A stretch of DNA of 64,000 bases from an uncultured delta proteobacterium. Lineage in GTDB: Bacteria > Desulfobacterota > DSM-4660 > Desulfatiglandales > HGW-15. How positions within the stretch are numbered: position 1 is the stretch's first letter; the number at the start of each line of letters is the position of its first letter. Under the pieces are notes generated by a model. That model did not search any database. It worked only from the letters and a program-made list of their open reading frames with translations, and had not been told where the DNA came from. Below are positions 1 through 10,534 of this stretch, piece by piece. A program made the position numbers and the translations under genes. The stretch is taken from assembly GCA_963815145.1 (NCBI GenBank), contig CAWFFS010000027.1, positions 126,769-190,768 on the forward strand. Reading direction: 5' to 3'.

Positions 1-343
1 CCCAGCCTGCCTGTTTCAGCATGGTAGCAAAGCGTCCGCCGAAGTTTCCACGTGAGAATTCATTGGTAGGAAATGTTTCGGGAGAAATACCACAAAGACT
101 GGTTCTCCCTACGCCGGGTACCCCGGTAGCTGCAAGAGGCCCTGTCATTAGTGGTATTACATGACGCGGATCATAGGGGTCCTTAAGATTCCATTCACCC
201 GGTTCTACCGCAAGGTCCCAGAAAATCGCTGCACCTATACCGTATCCCCCGCCGAATTCTTCATATTTTTCAGTATCAATAGTGCTGATTTCTTTAGTCG
301 TAAGATTGACTCGTGCTATTTTTCCTGTGTGTCCGATTGTCAT
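1..343 (-). CDS. Aldehyde:ferredoxin oxidoreductase (W/Mo AOR family), N-terminal part; runs off the window edge
   Basis: Manual translation from the ATG at 343 gives MTIGHTGKIARVNLTTKEI...GGGYGIGAAIFW...MTGPLAATG...GNFGGRFATMLKQAGW, typical of the AOR N-domain; lies downstream of a ferredoxin subunit. Confidence 0.85.
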   Translation of the reverse strand, partial: MTIGHTGKIARVNLTTKEISTIDTEKYEEFGGGYGIGAAIFWDLAVEPGEWNLKDPYDPRHVIPLMTGPLAATGVPGVGRTSLCGISPETFPTNEFSRGNFGGRFATMLKQAGW

Positions 344-358
344 TTTATCTCTCCTTTC

Positions 359-1081
359 CTATGATTTCACTGCCGGCTTTTTTGCGCCACGTCCAAATGG
401 GAATTTGGGGGCGGGTGGTGCCATATCCACATCATATCCCATGGTATCCTCCTGGGTTGGAACTTCGTGAACCAGTTTGAGCGCCTTTGAAGGACAGATG
501 GTCACACAGGCGGGTTCTCCATCCGGGCCGCCCTTTTTGCTCCAGTAAGGAGTATCAGTACACAGGTCACATTTTGATGATTTTTTAATATAGGGATTCC
601 AGACCGTCCGGTGAGGCCTTTGAGGACACATTTTTATGCATGTTTTACAACCGATACATTTTTTCTGATCAATTACCCTGATATTTCCATTTTCCGTATC
701 TATATGTGCAGCTCCAACAGGACAGTTTTCAACGCAAAGGGGTGTAACACACTGCCTGCATACGGCCATTACTACGTCTTCAGGATAGGTCGTAAATGAT
801 GGTGCATCACGGATGATCTGTATTCGCGACAGAGAGGGATTTGCCTCTCCGTAATGAGCTGTAGAACAGGCAAACATGCAGCTCTGACAGCCCCAGCAAA
901 CCCTGCTGTCCCAAACAATATATGCCTTTGATTTGGGATAGGCATTTTTTGAAGATGCCTTGGCAACGGCAGGTGTACCCGCTGCTATAGCCCCCGCTGC
1001 AAGAGCAGCTCCGCTGCCTACAAGGAATTCACGCCTGTTGAGTTTCTTTTTCTCCTTTTCTGGTTTTTCAGATTCAGCCAT
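359..1081 (-). CDS. Tat-exported 4Fe-4S dicluster electron-transfer subunit (AOR partner)
   Basis: Twin-arginine signal NRREFL followed by a hydrophobic stretch; several CxxCxxCxxxC / CxxC ferredoxin motifs. Confidence 0.9.
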   Translation of the reverse strand: MAESEKPEKEKKKLNRREFLVGSGAALAAGAIAAGTPAVAKASSKNAYPKSKAYIVWDSRVCWGCQSCMFACSTAHYGEANPSLSRIQIIRDAPSFTTYPEDVVMAVCRQCVTPLCVENCPVGAAHIDTENGNIRVIDQKKCIGCKTCIKMCPQRPHRTVWNPYIKKSSKCDLCTDTPYWSKKGGPDGEPACVTICPSKALKLVHEVPTQEDTMGYDVDMAPPAPKFPFGRGAKKPAVKS

Positions 1082-1161
1082 TTAGCATTCTCCTTTTCAT
1101 TAATTGTTATCTTTAGCAATTTACTGCTTATATGCCTGTTTAATAACATTCATTTATTACT

Positions 1162-1428
1162 TATATCAGTTTCGACATAACTTATTTTAAAAAAATAAGA
1201 AAATACCGAATTTAAACAACAAGTATTTTCATTAGACCGTTACACCCTTATATCCTTCCCGACATAAGTGTCAATAAAAAAATGTATTATTCCAAAAACC
1301 GGTTATAAAATGCGATTTTAAATTATTTCCGCATCAAAATAATTTTTCTTTATATTTTTATTAACATATCAATCATTTTTTAAAATATAGAATTTCTCTC
1401 GTAAATACCTTATGTCAATTCTGATATA
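1162..1428. promoter_or_regulatory. Three copies of a palindromic operator TATRTC-N6-GAYATA (1162-1179, 1249-1266, 1411-1428) in a divergent promoter region
   Basis: TATATC-agtttc-GACATA, TATATC-cttccc-GACATA and TATGTC-aattct-GATATA; the same motif recurs at 26148, 37020, 37043 and 44290. Confidence 0.65.
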
Positions 1429-1493
1429 TTTTAATTGACAGGAAAATATTCCTTAAGTTATGTACAGAATAAAGACTATTCAGGAGGATTCAA

Positions 1494-2960
1494 ATGAAAG
1501 ATTATAAAATGTTAATAAATGGAAAACTGGTCGATGCGGCATCAGGAAAGACATATCCTGTCATCAATCCAGCCACGGAAGAGATTGTAACGTATCTGCC
1601 CCTGGGCGGAGAAGAAGACGTCAATATGGCTATTGAGGCGGCTAAAAAGGCCTTTACCATATGGTCGAAGGTTCCAACTGCCGAAAGATGCAGGCTGGTG
1701 AAGGAACTGGCTCAGAGTATCAGAGAAAATGCAGAGGAGCTTGGAAAACTTGACGTACTGGACCATGGAACACCTGCAAGAACGGCATTTTTCATGGCAA
1801 TGGGCTCGGCAGCAAATCTGGATTTCGCAGCCGATACGGCAAGAACCATGATGAATGAAATGATTCCCGCATCAGGTAACACCCTCACATACACAAAAAG
1901 AGAGCCTGTCGGTGTGGTTGCCCTTATTACCCCGTGGAATGCGCCTTTGATGATGATTTGCGACAAACTGGGCGCAATCCTGGCAACCGGGAATACATGC
2001 GTAATAAAACCCCCAAGCATTGATTCGCTTGAGGCCCTTAAACTGGCTGAGATTATTTCCGGACTGGACCTGCCGCCCGGTGCTGTAAACATAATAACCG
2101 GACCCGGAGGATTAGTCGGCAACATGCTCTCGTCCCATCCGGATGTCAATATGGTCGCTTTTACCGGCAGTTGTGAGACGGGAAAGGTTATTATAGAAAA
2201 CGCGAGCAGGACAGTAAAAAGGATGGGGATGGAACTTGGCGGAAAAAACCCCTATATCGTGCTGGAAGATGCTGATATGGATGTGGCAGTGGAGAAGCTC
2301 GTAAGGTCCCAGTATATGAATACAGGGATGATATGCGCTGCGCCCGGCAGGATATATGTTCATGATAAAATATATGACCGGTTTGTAGATAAATTCATCG
2401 AAGGCTCTAAAAAAATAACAGCCGGTGATCCCAATGACGAGAAGACGTTCATGGGGCCTGTGGTAAGTGCGGAGCACAGGGACAAAGTTGAAAGCCTTAT
2501 CAAATCGGGCATAGATGAAGGAGCAACCCTTCTGCTTGGCGGGAAAAGGCCCACGGAACCTCCTCTTGATAAAGGTTACTATGTTCTTCCTGCCGTGTTT
2601 ACAGATGTAACACCTGAAATGACAATATACCGTGAAGAGATATTCGGTCCTGTCGCCTGTATTGTAAAATTCTCATCCGAAGAAGAAGTAATTAAGGCAG
2701 CCAACGACAATGTCTTTGGACTCTGCGCCGCAGTATATACAAAAGATGCGGCAAAGGGCATCAGGTTTGCGAACGAGCTTCAGGCCGGGACTGTCTGGAT
2801 TAACGAAGGCCTTGCAGCATCAACCGATCTTCCATGGGGAGGTTACAAGGAAAGCGGATTCGGAAAGGTAAGCGGTGTTCACGGAGTCCATGAATTCACG
2901 CAGGAAAAACTCATATGGGTTGATCTGAATAATGGGAAAATGCAGCAGATGCCGGGTTAA
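1494..2960 (+). CDS. NAD(P)-dependent aldehyde dehydrogenase
   Basis: PWNAP, FTGS, ELGGKNP, catalytic Cys (GMICAA), EEIFGPV, PWGGYKESG. Confidence 0.95.
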   Translation: MKDYKMLINGKLVDAASGKTYPVINPATEEIVTYLPLGGEEDVNMAIEAAKKAFTIWSKVPTAERCRLVKELAQSIRENAEELGKLDVLDHGTPARTAFFMAMGSAANLDFAADTARTMMNEMIPASGNTLTYTKREPVGVVALITPWNAPLMMICDKLGAILATGNTCVIKPPSIDSLEALKLAEIISGLDLPPGAVNIITGPGGLVGNMLSSHPDVNMVAFTGSCETGKVIIENASRTVKRMGMELGGKNPYIVLEDADMDVAVEKLVRSQYMNTGMICAAPGRIYVHDKIYDRFVDKFIEGSKKITAGDPNDEKTFMGPVVSAEHRDKVESLIKSGIDEGATLLLGGKRPTEPPLDKGYYVLPAVFTDVTPEMTIYREEIFGPVACIVKFSSEEEVIKAANDNVFGLCAAVYTKDAAKGIRFANELQAGTVWINEGLAASTDLPWGGYKESGFGKVSGVHGVHEFTQEKLIWVDLNNGKMQQMPG

Positions 2961-3081
2961 GTTTTTATTTTATTTGCAGCACAAAACCATTAGTCATTAC
3001 AGCCAAACAAGTGAAAGAGATGTAATTACACATGATGCAATGAGTAAGTAATGAACATAAGGTTTATTAAAGGAGAATAAT

Positions 3082-3686
3082 ATGGAATTTAAAGGGAAAA
3101 CAGCCGTTGTAACAGGATCTTCAGGAGGAATAGGCCGCAGTATTGCAATTTTGCTTGCAAAGGAAGGCGTGGATATAGTCCTTGCCTCACGTGATGTGCC
3201 AAACATGGAAGAGGTTAAAGGTAAAATAGAGGAACTCGGTCTAAAAGGCCCTCATCGTTGCCTGTGACATGGCAAAGGATGAAGACGTTATTTCTATGAG
3301 GGATAAAGCAATTGCTGAATTCGGCAACATTGATATCCTGATTAATAATGCTGCAGTAGGAGTGCGCGGCACACTGGACAATGTATCCATTGAAGACTGG
3401 AAATTTATTATCAACACAAACCTTATGGGATACATTCGAAAAGTATGTGGGTACAGAAGAAGAAAAGAACAGGATGAAAAAAGATACTGAAGAGTTTTTT
3501 AAAATGCCATTTTTCCTTACGGCCGATCAACTGGCAGAAGGTTTCCTTGAAGGAATGAAAAGAGAAGAATACATCATACTTGTACCGGATATGTATGACA
3601 GGTGTAAAGAACAGGGAAGGGATATAAAGAAACTGAATGAATTCATGAGGAAATCACTTACGCACACTGGTGCGGATGCTCCTTGA
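3082..3686 (+). pseudogene. Short-chain dehydrogenase/reductase, frameshifted and internally deleted
   Basis: TGSSGGIG Rossmann motif in the first ORF and LINNAA in the next frame; the region carrying the YxxxK motif is missing; three overlapping fragments. Confidence 0.75.
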
Positions 3687-3707
3687 TGCAGGCATACGGA
3701 ACCACTT

Positions 3708-3753
3708 TAAACCCGGATTTTGCAGTAGACATCTACTGCAAAATCCGGGTTTA
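3708..3753. terminator. Perfect 22-bp inverted repeat, terminator/REP-like hairpin
   Basis: taaacccggattttgcagtaga-ca-tctactgcaaaatccgggttta, just downstream of the SDR stop. Confidence 0.7.
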
Positions 3754-4109
3754 TTCCAATAACTCTTTTCAACTGAATTTCTAAAGAACGATACATCCTA
3801 TGCAAAAAGTATTTGTAATTTTTTTGCACATTTTCATGTGCATCTACTATTTTTTTCGGTAAATTCATCTCATCACCTGACACCATATCATAAATTTAAT
3901 TATACTAAAAGCCTTGCTATTATTGAGTTTCATATCCTCCAAGTGAAAAATCCAATATCCACGGCCATCTGACATGATGTTTGTAATAAGAAACAGGCTG
4001 GAGGGGGTTAGCCTGAAGACTATTAGGTTTTTACGGCTTTTCCTTCAGTCCTCAGCCAAAAAAGCTTCAGCCTATCTTATGATCAAGTCAAAATTGAAAG
4101 GAAACGACT

Positions 4110-4238
4110 ATGAGCAAAGTGCAGTCAATAAAGATTGAAGACATTGTGATCGACGGCAGTATCTACCCGAGAATCAATATTGACCACAAAAGGGTCTCCA
4201 TGAATTACAGTGGGGATGCCCATAAGATTATAAGTTGA
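4110..4238 (+). pseudogene. ParB-like N-terminal fragment, truncated at a RAYT-type end (ggggatgccc at ~4212)
   Basis: MSKVQSIKIEDIVIDGSIYPRINID; a homologous fragment with the same upstream leader lies at 42964. Confidence 0.45.
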
Positions 4239-4465
4239 TTATGTTGCGGGGATTTATAGTTACAGGAACAATCATCGGCCATTTTTTCACCAGGCATCCT
4301 GCCCCATAAAATATGGAACAACCGGAGTCTGCACTTGTCATTGGACAAAAAAGAGAGATTCAAGTTAACGAAATAGGGCTGAGCCAGGACAACCGCTTGG
4401 TATAAAGGGATAAACTATTCCGCTATGAAACAGCCCTATATTAAGTTTGAAGGCAAAATGCCCAA

Positions 4466-5209
4466 TTATTCTTCTCCAAAAGCATCTACCAGAGATATTT
4501 CAAGTTCATTGAATGCCTTTGTATTTCTGTAATCTTTTTCAAGATTATATAGCGCACGGATGACTTCTATATTTAATCTGATTTCATCACGTATCTTTAC
4601 TGATGCTGTATCATAACCATGAAGCCCAAAACCTGCCCCGGAACCTCTGGAGAAACTCAGACAGAAAGATCCTTCGCCCTCTACTGACCTGCTGAAAGAT
4701 AACTCCGGCGGCATTCCGGCAAAAGACTGGTTTTTTAGAAGCCGGGTTAATTTTGCAATACTGAAACTTTCCGGAAAATAAATATAAAAATCAAAGGAGA
4801 TCATATAATCCTGCATTGAGCAGGAAATCTCTCCCCTGCAATACCATGGAACATTGCTGTGATAAGACATATGTCTTCTTGAATCCTCTAAAAGGAACAT
4901 AGCTTTTCGCGTAGTGTACTCTCCTCTTTTATCTTCGATTTCAGATTTAGGAAAAGTGCCATCAAGCGATTTTATTCCAATCCCGCTCGTACCAACACCC
5001 TTAAGCACTCCGGGCCATAAATGATTTCGTATTATTTTATCAATTTCGCTTTTTTCTTTCGGGTTGGCAAGAAATAGTGTTTTTCTATAGTATTTTTCAT
5101 CGTTTTTGTTTTTTTCCAGAGAATTTTTCAGTTCACGATATTGCCAGGTATCTCTAAGTTCGTTGTCTTCCAATTGTCTCTCCCTTCTGAATCTTAATTT
5201 TATTGTCAA
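4466..5209 (-). CDS. Hypothetical protein
   Basis: 247-aa ORF with no recognisable motif; start uncertain. Confidence 0.55.
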   Translation of the reverse strand: MTIKLRFRRERQLEDNELRDTWQYRELKNSLEKNKNDEKYYRKTLFLANPKEKSEIDKIIRNHLWPGVLKGVGTSGIGIKSLDGTFPKSEIEDKRGEYTTRKAMFLLEDSRRHMSYHSNVPWYCRGEISCSMQDYMISFDFYIYFPESFSIAKLTRLLKNQSFAGMPPELSFSRSVEGEGSFCLSFSRGSGAGFGLHGYDTASVKIRDEIRLNIEVIRALYNLEKDYRNTKAFNELEISLVDAFGEE

Positions 5210-5396
5210 AGAAATATTACATTAAGATGCATTTGTTACAAAAGGTTTTTTTTGGGTGGCAAATCTTAGGTGGAATCATCGTGTGATATAAGAATTCAGA
5301 TATCACTTGTCCCGCCATTATTAATCTGATAGGAAATAGCAACTTATCGAATAAACCATTGTTTCATTTTGTATCACGATATCATTGAAAAGGTGG

Positions 5397-5446
5397 ACGT
5401 TCGTGCAGAGCGTGAAACGAAATAGTAATGCACGTCCAGCACGAAC
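5397..5446. repeat. REP-like imperfect hairpin, copy 1 (copy 2 at 23423-23472)
   Basis: acgttcgtgcagagcgtg...cacgtccagcacgaac, near-identical at 23423. Confidence 0.75.
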
Positions 5447-5883
5447 TGCCTCTTACCATTAAAGGGCGGATTGCTTTCAAAATACGTACTCGTTAAATCA
5501 TACAGCAGTACTTCAAAATGCGGGTCAAACAGATCTTCCCATTTCTTCCTGAGATGTTTGAAAAGTTCTTCCTTATGCTCAAGCACCTTGTCGTGGCAGC
5601 GATACAATGTGTCTTTTTCCGCTATACTGAAGTCCTCTCCAAGAATATCCCCCATTGCACTGTTCTCATACCAGTATCGATACAGCCGCCACTCACTTCC
5701 CGGATCGATCAGCCGGTATGTCACCAGAGTCTGCAATACATTACGCCACCTCGTACCTTTCCTGCTGTCTCCCAGTCTTTCCTCCCAGAATTCCTTTAAC
5801 CCCAGCATCTCCCACAGTTCATTCACAAGAAAGCACGCTCCCCACTGTCTCGGACGTCTGAGTTCCAGGCCATAGGTCTTCAC
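5447..5883 (-). mobile_element. IS1634-family transposase, internal fragment
   Basis: RQWGACFL..ELW..LGL..FW, YRLIDPGSEWRL, LLYDLTSTYFE; truncated on both sides, 3' break at the 5397-5446 hairpin. Confidence 0.8.
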
Positions 5884-6012
5884 TACAACCGGTTTTCAGG
5901 CTTTTTCCTACTCCACTATTAGTAATTTCAAATGCTTACACTTTAAATTACACTCATTTTTCCTGGTTTTTGGGTCGAATAGCGAAAGTCGGGCTAAAAC
6001 TATGGTGGTCAG

Positions 6013-6186
6013 TGAAGCTACGCCCCGACAGGTCCGTCTTCACATAAATATATGCCGGGATAAAATGGCGGGACAGGCGAAAAGTACGAAAATATAAACA
6101 TAATAATTTTCTATATTTTAAAACTTCAGTTTGTTTCATGCATTTTCGAGGTCATATGGAATGAAATAGATGAATCTATCGACTTT
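6013..6186. repeat. ~175-bp dispersed repeat, copy 1 (copy 2 at 21005-21178), containing a gaagctacgccccgaca REP-like unit
   Basis: Direct sequence comparison; moderately diverged. Confidence 0.8.
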
Positions 6187-6595
6187 GAAAAATGACGTGA
6201 CGATATGGTATAGACTGGCCTGGTAAAAAGGAGTGCATGAAGCTGATCCAGCAGCCTTTAGTTGCCACTCTTAAGCCATGCAGGGAGGAATCGATTAGCA
6301 GTGGTTTTTTAGAAGAAACCTCTTTTGAGAACTTTGCTTGCTGTTGGGTCAGAGTCATTAGCCATTGTCTGAATTTTATCTATCATTCTTTGAAAAACAT
6401 CTGAATGATACTTTGCCGCCTCGAGAAAATTTATATATTCTTCTCTATGTGTTTTGCGATCAGCGGTAGTTCTATATTCCTGCCGGATATTTGATGACAT
6501 TCTTTTGGCTTTTCTGACTATAAGGACATCATCAATATGCGTGGAAGTTATTGAGACCGGTGTCATAACAAGAAATTCACAAACTAAAAAAAAAA

Positions 6596-6654
6596 GGGGT
6601 CACGTCTTCCCTTGACTCTTATTGTACTTGGCCAAGAGTCAAGAGAAGACTTGA
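6596..6654. repeat. REP-like hairpin of the RAYT-associated type
   Basis: ggggtcacgtcttcccttgactctt...aagagtcaagagaagacttga. Confidence 0.6.
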
Positions 6655-6972
6655 TACTTTTATTTCCCCTATAAAAAGAACGAACAGGAAGATTTGACAC
6701 AGGATCAAATCAAACTGCTTAGAGAAATAGTCCCCATTTTTACCACGGAGACTAAGTTGAAAAATATTTAACCGAATGCCAGAGAAAATAAAATGACAGG
6801 AGGAGTAAGATGATTCCCATGCTGTAATAGATTTTTTTCATGGCCGAGTCGGAAACAAATTTTTTCGCCCAATATAAAACCATCGTCAATAACGAAATAT
6901 ATGAAGCCAAACCGAGTCCTCCGAATAACAGGAATAAAGCGGAAAGTCCTGGAGAAAATGAACGGACCAGAA

Positions 6973-7856
6973 AGTCCTTCGGGGTCGGACCAAGCTAACC
7001 TATTGGAACCAAAAAATATATGTTGAAAATCGCCTCGAACTTAAGGCTTAAATAGCTCTTTTTAGGCATGAAAATGGAGATATAATAAAACATAAACGAA
7101 TAGGGCTTGCCCTGTTAAATGCTGTTTTACAGCCCGCTTCGCGGATTTAACTGTGTAAACCTTGATATCGGGCAAAAAGAGCGAGTTAGGGTATCAAATT
7201 TTTTTTAACTCTTATATGTTCCCGGAATCTTATACATCTTCCTTGATCCACCACTATTTATTTGATAGAAAATAACAACTTATCGAATAAAGAACACAGA
7301 GATCACGTCCCGGTTAAATAAATACTAAATGTGTTTAACTGGATAAATCTTGATATTCGACGGATTCTTAACTTCTGTACCTCTTCGTTTTAGGCAGCAT
7401 CTGTCCTATGTCCGGACCTGATCCCTTTTGACTATGAAACATGATTTAAAGAGATGGAGATTATATAAATTGAAGAAGAAAAGCAGTGAAAGGAGAGAAA
7501 AGGTTTTTTTATTGCATGAAAAAGGTATGACTTTCCGCGAGATCGGTATTCACTTTGGATTTAACCCCGCGAGGGCCAGGCAGATTTATATAAAGGCCAA
7601 GGAGGAAAAGGAGTTGCTTAATCGCAGTCCTTTTTCCTCACACCTTTCAGCACGTTCCCGGAATGCGTTACAACTGTATTTCAATGATGAAAATATAATC
7701 GATGATCCTGACACTGTTGCTAAACTCGGAAGGAAAAAGCTTAGCACTATCAGGAATTTGGGTATTAAGTCTGTTGAAGAAATTTCAAAGATCCTGTATA
7801 AATTGGGTTGTATTAAAGATCCTGATTCTTGGTAGTATATATTTTCCGCCATTTAT
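6973..7856 (+). repeat. 884-bp direct repeat, copy 1 (copy 2 at 22435-23318)
   Basis: Constant offset of 15462 bp; about 8 substitutions counted by eye. Confidence 0.95.
7428..7835 (+). CDS. Small protein: sigma70 region-4-like HTH fused to an RNA polymerase alpha-CTD-like domain
   Basis: HTH GMTFREIGIHFGFNPARARQI; C-terminal LSARSRNAL...LSTIRNLGIKSVEEI..IL..LG matches the alpha-CTD pattern LSxRxxNxL...NLGxKSxxEI. Confidence 0.75.
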   Translation: MTMKHDLKRWRLYKLKKKSSERREKVFLLHEKGMTFREIGIHFGFNPARARQIYIKAKEEKELLNRSPFSSHLSARSRNALQLYFNDENIIDDPDTVAKLGRKKLSTIRNLGIKSVEEISKILYKLGCIKDPDSW

Positions 7857-7860
7857 ACTC

Positions 7861-7925
7861 AATGGGGACGTCCATGAATTAATTCCAAGAACATTTATAA
7901 TCATTTTTTCATGGACGTCCCCATT
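7861..7925. repeat. Perfect 18-bp inverted repeat (REPIN-like / collapsed RAYT ends)
   Basis: aatggggacgtccatgaa ... ttcatggacgtccccatt; GGGGAC core shared with the RAYT terminal repeats. Confidence 0.75.
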
Positions 7926-7933
7926 GATTATCA

Positions 7934-8152
7934 TTGATTATCATTGAGGATAAACCCTGTCAGGAAAACAATAAAAAGATACCCAAATATGAAAGAGTGG
8001 ACATCCGCATCGGTTATAATGAGATCGAGCTAAGGAGCAGAATAAAAGCATGCGGGGGGAAATGGGAGCCAGAACGAAAAGTTTGGCAACTATCATATAA
8101 AAAGGTAAAAGAACTTGATTTATTAAATAGGATTGTTGATGATGAGTCTTGA
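7934..8152 (+). pseudogene. C-terminal half of a hypothetical protein (tandem paralog of 8192-8536)
   Basis: IIEDKP...IRIGYNEIELRSRIKACGGKWEPERKVW; the 5' part is lost at the 7861-7925 hairpin. Confidence 0.55.
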
Positions 8153-8191
8153 AAAATAATTATATATAGACATTTATCAAACAGGAAAAAA

Positions 8192-8536
8192 ATGAAAGTA
8201 AGACGAATCCTGCAGCCAGGGCAGCCTGGAACTAAAAAGCTCGTTAAAAGATATGGCGATAATATGCTCTGTGTACGATACAGGTATGATGAGGATAAAA
8301 TGATGAAGTACAAGACAATAGAACTCATCATCGATGAGAAACCCATGCCGAGAAAAACCAAAAAAAAGCCAAAACCTAAAAAGATGAACATACACATTGG
8401 CTCAAAGAGATCGAGATAATGATCCTGATAAAAAAAAAGTGGAATATGTTATCCTCAAAGAAGAGTCTGGCGGCTCCCTTATGCAAAGGTGAAAGCACTT
8501 GATTTATTAGGGAGGATTGTTGATAATGAGCCCTGA
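8192..8536 (+). pseudogene. Hypothetical protein, frameshifted/degenerate in the C-terminal half
   Basis: PGQPGTKKLVKRYGDNMLCVRYRYD; the 3' end parallels the end of 7934-8152. Confidence 0.55.
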
Positions 8537-8585
8537 AAAATGGGTATATATAGCTAATTTTCAAACAGGCAAAAAATGCAAAAAT

Positions 8586-8714
8586 GGTTACACGTAACCA
8601 TAATAAAATAGTTACATATAACCAATTTTTTTAAATCTGGTTACATATAACCATAAATGTTTATATGTAACCAGATTTTAAACCGGCCCTAAACCGCTTA
8701 ATAACATGTTGGCT
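8586..8714 (+). other. Candidate integron attI region: repeated GGTTACAYRTAACC boxes followed by a GTTGGCT core at 8708-8714
   Basis: Four ggttaca(t/c)(a/g)taacc-like boxes (8586, ~8610, 8639 and an inverted one at ~8659); GTTGGCT is complementary to R'' AGCCAAC of the first attC; no attC hairpin precedes it. Confidence 0.5.
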
Positions 8715-8734
8715 GTCAATAGAATCAGGGAAAA

Positions 8735-9100
8735 ATGGCAAAGAAAAAGAATTTATCACCAAAATATCAAGTATGGATTGATGCAAGAAAACGGTTTCAT
8801 CTTTCTCATACACATATTCAAATGGCACGGGAAATAGGATTGAATCCAAAGAAATTGGGGAAACTGGCAAACCATAAACAGGAACCTTGGAAATTGCCAC
8901 TTCCGGAATATATTGAAGAATTGTATTTCAAACATTTTAAAAAGGAACCGCCGAAAGACTCATTATCCATAGAGCAACTTGTAAAATTAAAAAAACAAAA
9001 AAATGCGGAAAGAAAAGAACGCAAAAGACAGGAAAAAGATAAAGAAACAATTGAGCAAGTTTCGGCCTCTAATCCTGAATATGATGATATACCTTTTTAA
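8735..9100 (+). CDS. Hypothetical protein (cassette 1)
   Basis: ORF between the putative attI and the attC at 9169. Confidence 0.75.
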   Translation: MAKKKNLSPKYQVWIDARKRFHLSHTHIQMAREIGLNPKKLGKLANHKQEPWKLPLPEYIEELYFKHFKKEPPKDSLSIEQLVKLKKQKNAERKERKRQEKDKETIEQVSASNPEYDDIPF

Positions 9101-9168
9101 GGAAGTTTTTTATTTAAAAACGTGTATTGAAAGTAAGCAGGCAAAAACAAACTAAACAGGTTGGCGGC

Positions 9169-9298
9169 AGCCAACAAGTCACTAAACAAGGACAGGCTGG
9201 TTTTTCTTGCCGAATCGAACCGCAAAGGTTCGCGAAGTTATATAATGCAACAAGCTTCAAAGGTATGCCCCGCCTGCCTGTTAGTGTCGTCGTTGGAT
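9169..9298 (+). other. attC site
   Basis: R'' AGCCAAC ... R' GTTGGAT with cactaa/ttagtg L boxes; 130 bp. Confidence 0.85.
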
Positions 9299-9860
9299 GA
9301 AAGGAATCATAATGCTCGATGCATTTATCAAACTCACTGAAAAAATAATTGAATTGGGCAAGGAGAAGAGTAATAGACGTATTATGTTATTTGAAAAACA
9401 CGCTGAGCCTATGTTTGGTTTATGTAGAGTGGTTCATGATGATTATATTGATGCATTTAAAGAAATTGAAACCTATTTAGTCTCTTCAACATCGGGTATT
9501 AACGAATCATTGGATTTTTTAAAGAAGAGACGAGAAGATTGCTTGAGTGTAAGGCGTGAAATATTTGAATATTGCTATCAGTTAGAACAGCAGCCACCAA
9601 AATGCCTCCTCCCTTTCGTTATAGCATGCCGTGCCCTTTTGAATGCGTCACCGGACTTAGTCGAAGGTGTACGTTGGCATCCTTCAGATTATACATGTTT
9701 AGCCCATAACCTTGAGTTGTTATCAAGAAAAGATGCGCATTTTAGCACTGATGTAAATTATCGCCTCGAGTTACTCAATAGATTCAGATTAGATGTGACC
9801 CAATCTTGGGAAAAAGTAAAAAGTGAATATTTCAAACTTAAAGTGGATTGTTACAAATGA
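9297..9860 (+). CDS. Hypothetical protein (cassette)
   Basis: ORF flanked by attC sites. Confidence 0.75.
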   Translation: MKGIIMLDAFIKLTEKIIELGKEKSNRRIMLFEKHAEPMFGLCRVVHDDYIDAFKEIETYLVSSTSGINESLDFLKKRREDCLSVRREIFEYCYQLEQQPPKCLLPFVIACRALLNASPDLVEGVRWHPSDYTCLAHNLELLSRKDAHFSTDVNYRLELLNRFRLDVTQSWEKVKSEYFKLKVDCYK

Positions 9861-9873
9861 CAATAAAATAAAC

Positions 9874-9959
9874 ATCCAACAAAATGCTACACCAGACCCC
9901 GGAGGGTTCCTTGCTTCATATGAAACCTCACGGCGGGGCTGGTGAGCAATACGTTGTGT
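9874..9959 (+). other. attC site
   Basis: R'' ATCCAAC (complements the preceding GTTGGAT) ... R' GTTGTGT. Confidence 0.9.
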
Positions 9960-9966
9960 GTAGAAT

Positions 9967-10530
9967 ATGATGGAATCCAAAAAAGCTCTTCTAAAATTCA
10001 ATGATGAAGGAATTATTATAGGGCGCCTTTTGGTGGCATATGCTGATTTGGAACTTAGTCTTTTTCACTGTGTAAATGTGACACGAGATGATTTTGATAC
10101 AGTTTATAAGGCAATGTTCAAGGAAAGAGGTGAATCACGACGCATAACTATGGCTGACACCTTTGGAAGACAAAATTATCATACATTAGGGTTTGGCACT
10201 CAGTTTGAAATGGCCATAAGTTCAGTTCGTTTTTGTTTAAAAATAAGAAATCAATATGCACATTGCATTTGGTATGATGATTTTAGTGGAAAATTGGCTT
10301 TTGCAAATTTAGAGGAAGGTACTGAAAGCAATAAAGTTGTAACTGATTTTAAAGAATTGACTATTCGGCATATAGATATTGATACGTTGCATTTGCAGGA
10401 GAAATATTTTGAATATACCGATTCCTTTCTTGCATGGGTGAATTTTGAGGGGCGGCGGGTAGCAGGAAAGCCATCGATGCCTAAACAACAAGCTCCAAAG
10501 CATATCAATCAACCGCCGCTATATGCATGA
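9967..10530 (+). CDS. Putative HEPN-domain protein (cassette)
   Basis: Rx4H motif RNQYAH in a small, apparently helical protein. Confidence 0.6.
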   Translation: MMESKKALLKFNDEGIIIGRLLVAYADLELSLFHCVNVTRDDFDTVYKAMFKERGESRRITMADTFGRQNYHTLGFGTQFEMAISSVRFCLKIRNQYAHCIWYDDFSGKLAFANLEEGTESNKVVTDFKELTIRHIDIDTLHLQEKYFEYTDSFLAWVNFEGRRVAGKPSMPKQQAPKHINQPPLYA

Positions 10531-10534
10531 GAGC

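Noticed and set aside
6176..6730. Short ORF fragments, including a FPYKKNEQEDLT RelE/HigB-like tail
   Set aside because: Too fragmentary to call with confidence; treated as island debris.
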